Assembly: GCA_001643675.2 (NCBI GenBank)
Contig: LSRY02000011.1
Coordinates: 1,798,001 to 1,862,000, forward strand
Direction: 5' to 3'
Length of the DNA stretch: 64,000 bases
Source of the DNA: Monocercomonoides exilis PA203
Lineage: Eukaryota; Protista; Preaxostyla
Shown here: positions 37,801 to 46,800 of the stretch, piece after piece
How the letters are laid out: each line of letters begins with the position of its first letter
Position numbering within the stretch: the first letter of the stretch is position 1
Program-made: the position numbers and the translations under genes
The notes under the pieces: generated by a model
Databases searched by the model: none
What the model saw: only the letters and a program-made list of their open reading frames with translations
What the model was told of the DNA's origin: nothing

Positions 37801-40800
37801 TTTCTTTTGGTTTTAAAGGAACAACTGTTTTTAATGAAGAATACATCAGCAAATTGTTAAACTACACGAACAAACGAGATAAGGAGAAGTTTTATGATCA
37901 TAAACATATTCAACAAATGATTGAAAATGGTACACTATTATCAATTACAGCATGCTGCTCACATGCTCAAGTGCATCTGAATGATGATCAGATTCACACC
38001 ATCTTTTCTATTTTGACACAAAATATGAGCGAAGGAAGAATAAATGAGGAGGAGCACAAACTTGTAAGGAATGACTTTGATGATTCAGAACACCTCTCAT
38101 TGCTTTCTTCTGTTGATATATCTTCAGAACAACAAAACAAAACCGAAGAAAGTTCTGAAGGAGATGAAGAAACCGAATTAAGAGACCAAGAAAAAGATTT
38201 GCCTAATTCTGATTTAAATAATCTGCAAGAAATATTTGAAGCCGAAGAGCACACCCAAAAGATGCACTTTGCTGAAATGATAAGAAAACAGTGGTACAGA
38301 AATTGTGCGTTGAATTTAAACACCACAAAAATACTGGATGCTTCTTTTTCCATTCCTTCTATTGTTATCAACTTTTCTGAGGGGAAATCAGAAAGCATAC
38401 CAATTTCAAAACTCTGTTCATGCCGCACTGAAAGCGAAACGGAGCAAGCAGAAAGAAGAGCCAATACCATTTTCTCTGCCCCGTTTTGTTCTGTTGTAAT
38501 GCATTCTTATCAAATAAGCGTTTCAAAATTTGCTGACAAATCTCATAGTGCTTCTTTTTCTGTTCAAGATATAATTGTGAGAGACACCCGTCCAAGAAAT
38601 GGATCGTTCCGAACAGAATTTGTACCATTGACTCCGATTCCCACAAATGACACTTTCCAAGAAGTGCTTATCTGCCAGTCGTCACACGAAAATTCATCTG
38701 AATCTTCTCAGAATCCATCTGCCTCAATAACATCTTCTCGGTTCTCGTCGAATGAGTACTCAGAACAATTACACGAGTCAAACAGCACTCCAGCATTGCT
38801 TCTGAAATATTATCATACTCCTTTATTAGGGCAGTCATTTAGAGCCAATATAAATTCTCCACAACTATTTATAAACATGCCATATGATATTGCACTATTG
38901 AAGCTTATCACAGATTATGCATCCTCAATTGGTACTGAAATGAAACTTCTGTTGCATTCTTCATCTGAAGTGGAATCGATTGGAACTTCAGATTATTTAA
39001 AGCTCAGAAAAGCACGGGTCTGCGCGAAATTAAGTACTTCTCCGTTTTTGTATCTTCCTGTTTCCATTCAGAACAAATTGAGGCATAATTACGAACATTC
39101 TGAGATCACCAATAAATTCATGATCCATCGTTCGCTTTCATCCCCGTTCTGCATTCCCCAGCCGTTATGTTCGTCATGTACCTCAGTGAGCATATCAATC
39201 ATCTCTCCTTCTGTTGCTTATGTCAGCAACCCTTCAAAACGGGCCTCGTCGTTTCTGTCTCTTTCTGCCGATCTTTCTGTGAGTCTTTTCGCTGGTCCTC
39301 CTCCGAAAACTCCTTTGCGCGATTTTCTCTTCGAATCCGGTGTTATCAAAGAACATGTCATTCTGCAGCAATACAAAGAAATGAAATCAATCCTTCCGAT
39401 GTTCAAAAAGCCGAAAGAAAGAGAGGAAAATACGAATGTGGCTGAAACATTGGATACCCAAACTATCAGAAATGAAAAGAAGGCGGATTTGCAATCGCAA
39501 ACTGCTTCTTTCTCAAACGCTTCATCTGACTATCGTCAATATGATGAAGCAAACTTATCCCCTGTTCTTCAGCTCTTTTCTCAAGCAGGTGCAAAATTCA
39601 TCCCACTTCCACAAGAGAGAGGAGGCTATTTGAGTAGCGAGCCTGTTGACACTCCTCTCTCTGCGTCTGAAGCAAACCGTTTAATGCGCAGCGCAAAACC
39701 CTTCTCTATCTGTTCAATAATGTCAAATCGCTCCAAATCAGATGAAAGCAAATTAAGAATAAGTGACAGAATTCAAGCACATCACGATAATGACTCCGAA
39801 TTTCATTCTATTGGATCACTGGCCCCTTCGACTTCTCCTTTGCCTTCTTTAACTTCATCTCCAAATTCATCACTTTCATCTTCTCCTTCTCCTTCTCCTT
39901 CTCCATCTTCATCACCTTTTTCTTCATATTCAGAAGATTCATTAACTGACTCAGAAAGCTCTGATGCAACTTTATCTTTGCTGGATCGAGTGCATTCAAT
40001 TTTCTTGGAACAAGAAACAGTTGTTTCAATAAATATCCAAAACATAAGACTTCGAGATGGCTTATTGAAATATGAGAGAAAAGTGCAAGAAAACGGAAAT
40101 CATTCCGTTCGAAAAGATCCATCATACAATTTGATTATCAGAAGGAATTTGAATACAACCTTTTCCATTCAATTTATGTCAACTTTCCTGTTTGGAGGGA
40201 CCTTCAGCACGCTCATTCCATCGATGGAGCAGAGAAGCGAATCGCAAACATCTTCATCCATCAACGCATTATCCACTCAAACTGTCTCTCTGCTTCCACC
40301 CAGTTATCCAAGCAGCATCCGATCTCCAACTTTATCACACTTGCTTCTTTCACAAGTGAATTTGAGGATTAATCAACCCGTGACCATTGGCCTGAATGAT
40401 TGGGATGTTGTGAGGATTACCAGAATTGTGTCTACGATTGTGTCTGGCATTGCATCTGTGCAAACAAAGATTGAGGAAGGCGAAAAAGAGGCACTTCAAA
40501 GACGAACACAAAAAACTACCGAAACGGAAGCGGAAATGGAAACAAATGAACAGTTTATTGATTCAACACCAGAGGAATGCAATGAGAGTTCAGAGGAGCA
40601 AGTGAGAAAAGATATTTTCTTGAGTGATTCTGGTTGGGAACAAGAAAAGATAATAACTTCTTTGACAGAAAGTGAAATAGAAAAGGGGAAAATTAATCCT
40701 TACATTGTTGCTTCTCTGAAGAAAGCCATCAACACTCCCTTTTCAAAGAACTATAGGCTCGCTCAGAATGACAAAGATATAAATAAAGATGAAGTGAAGC

Positions 40801-43800
40801 AGCTTGACCAGCAAAAATCTCTTTCTTCAGATAATTTCATTTTCTGTGATGCAACCAATCAACAGGAAGCACAAACAACTCCGCAGAACATACGCCGCGA
40901 GAAGGCTGTGATTGGTCATCTGCTCACTCTTGTTCCAAGAAATTCTTTGTTTTGTGCATCTCCTTCAACACCTCTTTCATCTCTTCTATGGGCCTCTGGA
41001 AAGCTTTCTTCACTTTCGTTCTTCCCTTTTATTAATCTTTCATTGTCTCAAATACTCGTCCAGGCTTCCTTTTCAATAGAAGGAATACGTCTCCTTCTTT
41101 TGGGAGATTCGAATGCTGCAACAGAGAAAGACTCTCACTTTACAGTTGACTTGGAATCTTTTTCTGCAGATGTTGTGTCATTGTGCAGTGGCAAGTCGAA
41201 GATGTTGAATGCCGAAAAGTTTTCTGCATCTTTTCACCAAGGCTTTCAATCCATCACAAAGCCATCTACAAATAACGGCTTGTTTACATTTTTGAACCAG
41301 AATAATCGTTCCACTGATTTATTCTCAATTGATTATCCGCTTCCAACACTTCCATCCAGAGACAGTTTTTCCAATCCAAACGAAACTAGTATTTTGTCTG
41401 TGAAACCATTCGTTTCAATTTCTGGCAGGGCTCATCTTTATCTTTCGGTTCAGCTTTTAAACAAGCGTTTAATGAGACAGGAACCACTCTTGGAAAGGAT
41501 ACGCATAACATCAACTATTTTCCCAAAAGATCTTAATAATACCAAAAGTTACACAGCACAACTTTTGAGAGAAAATATAAAACTTCTTAACGCACTCCTT
41601 CCTCCATTTGAGTCTCTTTTTATTTCACTTCCTCTTCCACTATCATCAAATCCAACAATTCTTTCTTATTTGAAGGAAATGCCTACTCCGGCAGAATTCT
41701 CTCTTCAAAGTTTAATTAATTCGGTAATGCCGCTTATGTTCGAAATTGTTCTACCAGAGGATGTCTTTATCAACATATCTCCTGCCCTTTCTCGTGAGTT
41801 ATATTCTTTTGCCAATTCTTCTTTTAAATCTGGAATGGTGCAATATGTTATTCGGGCAGTCAATCGCATGCTTCATCCTCAACAAGACCAGCCGTCTCAG
41901 CCTGAAAAGATCCAAAAAAACACATCCCCTTCGACTGCAGGTCTTAACAATAATTCAGACTTCCTTTTGCGGAATGATCAGGACAATGCGAATTCTCTGT
42001 CTCCAGCTGTAGATACTTCATACACGATAGTCCTGCGCAATGCAACTGGATGTCCAATTTGGTGCGCTTTGCAAGAAGCACATGCAACAAACATTCAACA
42101 CTCAGACTGTCTTGAAGATTCACTGGATTCTTCAATAGGCAGTTCATGTGCTATTTTATCTTCATCTTCATCTGCTCCAGAATCGTATTCTTCAATGTTA
42201 TTAACTTCTTCTGCTTCAACTTCTTCTTCCTTTCTTTCATCTTCCAGCTCAACGTATCGGGAAAATGATGTTAACCTATCTACTTTTGAGGTAGATGCCT
42301 CTTCTGACAAAAAGATAAAATTTACTGAAAAGTTATGGAAAACAGCACATTTCATAAGAATATATTTAAACGGTTATTTGCCATCTGAAAGAATCGATCT
42401 TTCGCAACTTCTTTTGAAAGTGGTGACATTGAAGCGCACCAGCACAGAAAGTTCACATCTTCCGCGTTCGATAGATCTTCATCTTCACAGCATTTCAAGC
42501 TCATTCGAAAAGATAATTCTATTAAGTGGATCAATATTTGTAACTAATCAAACATCAATTCCGATGAGGTTGATGTATTTTGACAAACTTTTTTACAGTA
42601 ACACTCAAAAAAATTCCGTAGGAATTTCATCAGAGTCTGAAGAAAGTGACATATTTGAGATTGATGATAGCTGTCATGAAAACGAGGATTGCATTTCGTC
42701 AAGTCTCATTGATCCTGGCCAGAGCGTATTTGTTCCTGTATCAATTTTGAAAAGCTCGATTGCAATCGAAGCTATCTGTGGACATACTGCCGAAGGATAC
42801 TCTGAATATTGCCATTCAACACACACGAATCCTCTTTCGCTTAGCATGTTTACAACTGGAATGAATTCATTTATGGAAGTTGTCAAGCTCTCATCTCAAT
42901 TGAAACAAGAAGGGTCCCCAAAATGGAAAAATGATACAGAAGATGTTGACATGTATTTTTCGCTTTCAAGCAGATCTTTAGATGCGTATACTACTTCAAA
43001 GATAATTTCATCTTCTTATCTTTCCAGTGACGCATCAACTTCAATGCAATCATTCAGTAAATATGATTGGGGAACAGCATCAATGGTCTTTTCTGACACT
43101 TCAACGAATTCTTCTGAAGAATTATTCTCTTCTGTTAGATTTCCCCAAAGTAATATTAGTTCAGCCTTCTCTTCTCCAAAATTTTCTCATGAAATGGAAT
43201 TACAAAACGGACGTTTTGAAAAACAAGAGAAATTATCTAATTCTTTAGGCAGTGAAGATATACCACTTTTTTATACATGCATCACAATTGCACCTCCTCT
43301 TATTGTTGAGAATTCTTTGCCATTACCACTTGCTGTTGAAATTGCTGCACCCATAGGCGATTCTCTTGAATCAATCGAAAAAATAGATTCTGCCGAGCAG
43401 GAACTTTGGCTCCAACAACTCAAAAGCACAAAAGTGAATCAGATAGAAACAGCAACAAAGAGTTCACTTTTACCACAAGACGATACAGTTGAATATGCGG
43501 ATAACAGACAACGCAAGCCAATTAACGAACAGACTATTTTTGCTGCTGGAAGAAGTTATGCAACAACATCATCCATAAATTCTGCTTCGACAGTACTTAT
43601 TTTTTTGGCGCCTGGACAGCGCATGTTTTTGTATCATTTACCAATGAATCGAACTCTTTCAATGCGAGTTTCATTTGCCTGTTTGAAGCGCGTGAGAAGT
43701 GTTGTCGATGAATGGAAGGCAAACATGCAAAATGTTATTTCGAAGAAGAAGAAGAAGAAGAAGAAGAAGAAACAAAACCTACTTCAAGTTGCAAACGAAA

Positions 43801-46800
43801 AATTTAACGAAACGGAAAGTGCACGTAATTCTGAAGCAAAAGATCTTGAAGAGCAACCATCCACTGATTATGAAGTACACACTTTGTCTGAGAATTTAAT
43901 GCAAATTAAGAATAGTTCAGAATATCAAAATGATTTCATCTGCTTTTCTACAATGAATATTTGGACGCCTCACAAATTGTTTTATTCACCAAGCTTATCT
44001 GAAGACAATGAGGTGAAAAGGGAACGATTATTCCACCTTTCTGGAACAAAGTTCATTATGGAATCAGTAATTGAGAATAGAAAAGCTTCTGTATTCCTTT
44101 ATGCTCCGTTTTGGATAAAAAACAAAACTGGATTAGATTTAACATTACAAGAAGTGGATACATCATACTCAATCGTTCATTTAAATGCAGTTTCTAAACT
44201 TCCGTGGAGCATTCCCCACTCTTTGGAACCTTCAATGAAAATGGCAGCCATTCAAAGCGCATTTCCACAGCCAGCGACAACACCTGTAGGAAGCGGAGAT
44301 AGTTTAATGGAGACTGCTTTTTTCACGCAATCTTCACCTTCACCAACTTTAACACAACAACCTTTAGATGAATTTTTGTCTAAACAACCTTTTCCGTTTT
44401 CATTTTCTACATTCGCATCTGATCCACCGCTTCTCGTATTATCAAACGATTCGACATTAGCCAATGCAACTTCAAAACCGTTTTCATTATCGAGCAGTTC
44501 ATCATCATTCAGGGTTATAATCCCCACATCTGAAGGATTAGCACACGATGTGACTGTTGCTGTCTCTGATATTCCACATCCTTTCACATGCACTGAGCTA
44601 GTGGAAATATCACCTTCATTTTATCTCATGAATGCATCCCCTGACTTTGTTGTGCTTGTCCGTCAGCACATCAATTCAGGTGTATCCGCTCACCTAAGCA
44701 CAGCAATTACCACACTTTATCCTGGCTCTCCGGCAACTGAATGGCGCTGGCAGACGGTGCCAACTTTGGATAAAGGAGCAATAGATGTTGCATTGGCTAT
44801 CCGCTCGAGGAAAAGAAATGAATATGTGGAAGGAGAAGAAATTGATGAACGAAACGAAAGCGGATTTCTATCAGAAGAAAGCTCATCAAAAAGAGAGCCA
44901 ACTGAATCATCTCAATGGACTGGCAGTTGCTCTTCTGGAAATAGAGAGCCATTTATAATGTCATCAAGCATGTGCTGGTCAACAACTCTGATTGATATTG
45001 AAAAGCCAACATCTGTTTTTGCATATGTTAACGACTCAACTGCAGCCATAATCAACTTCAAACCTGAAGTTATGCCATCTTCTTGCTCAAAGAAAATTAT
45101 TTTGACAGCAGAAGGTTTCAAAACATTTGACATTAAACGTCAGTTATTATTTGACAATTGGCCAAGGATTACTGAAAATTCGTTAAATAACATTGATTTA
45201 AAGCAAGAAATGAAGGAAACAAATCCCATTTTGTTTCCGCGTCAGCCAGTTCGAGCCTTTTCATATCCTTTTGCTGTACAAAACCGAACGTTTCGTCGTT
45301 TTTGCTGCTTCCAGCGCGACGCGCCATCGCTTGCGATTTCTGTTGAACCGAGATCATCTTTTCCTTTAAGTTATTTTGATTCTACGTGCTTGCCAATATT
45401 CTGCATCTCCAACGAAAAATTATCATCTTCTCTCAAATGGAGTATTACAAGAGATGAACAAAAAGCAAGCTTATTTGGCATGACACTTCCTGATAGCTCC
45501 AATGTCAAATACTCAGAATTACTTCACATATGCAATAGTGTTCAGTTTGATATTAATACGGCAGTAATAGATATGAGAGTGCCAGGAAGATTTATGCCAA
45601 TTTTTTATAAAAACCAGCCAAATACTGGAATTTGTTTCAGTGTATTTTCGAGAGGTTCGATTACAATTCTTGATATTTGCGATTTATCCGAACGAGTGTT
45701 TCATAAAGCCCAGCTGGTGAAGAGAAAGCGGAAAGACCAATTTTTAATGAGTTTACACGAAAATTATAACTTTACTATGCGTCCATATTCCCACAAAATG
45801 AAAGAACATCAGTGGATTGAGACAATCGAATGGCATAATATTCACCACATTGGATCCGAAATTGACAGTTTTATTGAAAGAAGCAAATTCCAACAAATAG
45901 ACTTTCCAATAGAAATTTGTTTTAAAGCTGCCTCAATAGGGCTCTCATTAATTTCTGAGCTACCACGTTGCTCATTCAAAATCCAACGAAACACAGATCT
46001 GACAAGACCGAATGAAATTGCTTACTTGTCAATTTCTCGATTTTTGCTATCATTCATTCCTTCATCAGCATCAAATGATCTTCGAATCTCTGTAGATAAC
46101 ATGCAGCTTGACAACCATACAAATTTGTCGGAATATCCAGTTATTTTTAGCAAAGAACGAAAAATAACAAAAATGGCTGATTGCATTGCGGATTCCGAGC
46201 AAATAGAATGTGACCAAATGAATGATATTGAGCAAGTTGAAAACTTTTTGAACATTGAGATGAAGTTCACAAAACCTCACAAAGCATCGCAGCAATTGTC
46301 CAATCAGAGGAAATTGCTTTATCCCCTTAAATCAGGAATTAACGAAAAGCTTTCATTGCCATTTGTTGTTAATGAGTTAACTTTGGCTCTTTCTCCATTG
46401 GTCATTGAATGCGATTGGCCTTTTGTGAAGACAATGTTGAATTATATGGATGAAATGACCCCAGACAACGTTTCATTGTCTCAGTATATGCAACTATTTG
46501 TTTCAAAATTCTTTAGCAAAGAACGCAATCGATTCAACATTGAAGAATTGCGAAATTCTGTAGAAAAAAGCATGTGCCCTTTTCAGTGCGAAGATAAAAT
46601 TCTTTTGACGCAGTTTTATGGATTGGATCCTATTGTACATTCTTCTGATGAAGAAGAGTGCAAGATTCTGACAGAAATTGTTGATGAAACAGGAAGGAAA
46701 ATTAGAGGGTATGGCTTAAGCAACCAATCAGGTGATCAACTTATATATTTCAAAAAGATGACAATTTCAACTTCAAAGGTTGTGTTTCATATTCCAGCTC

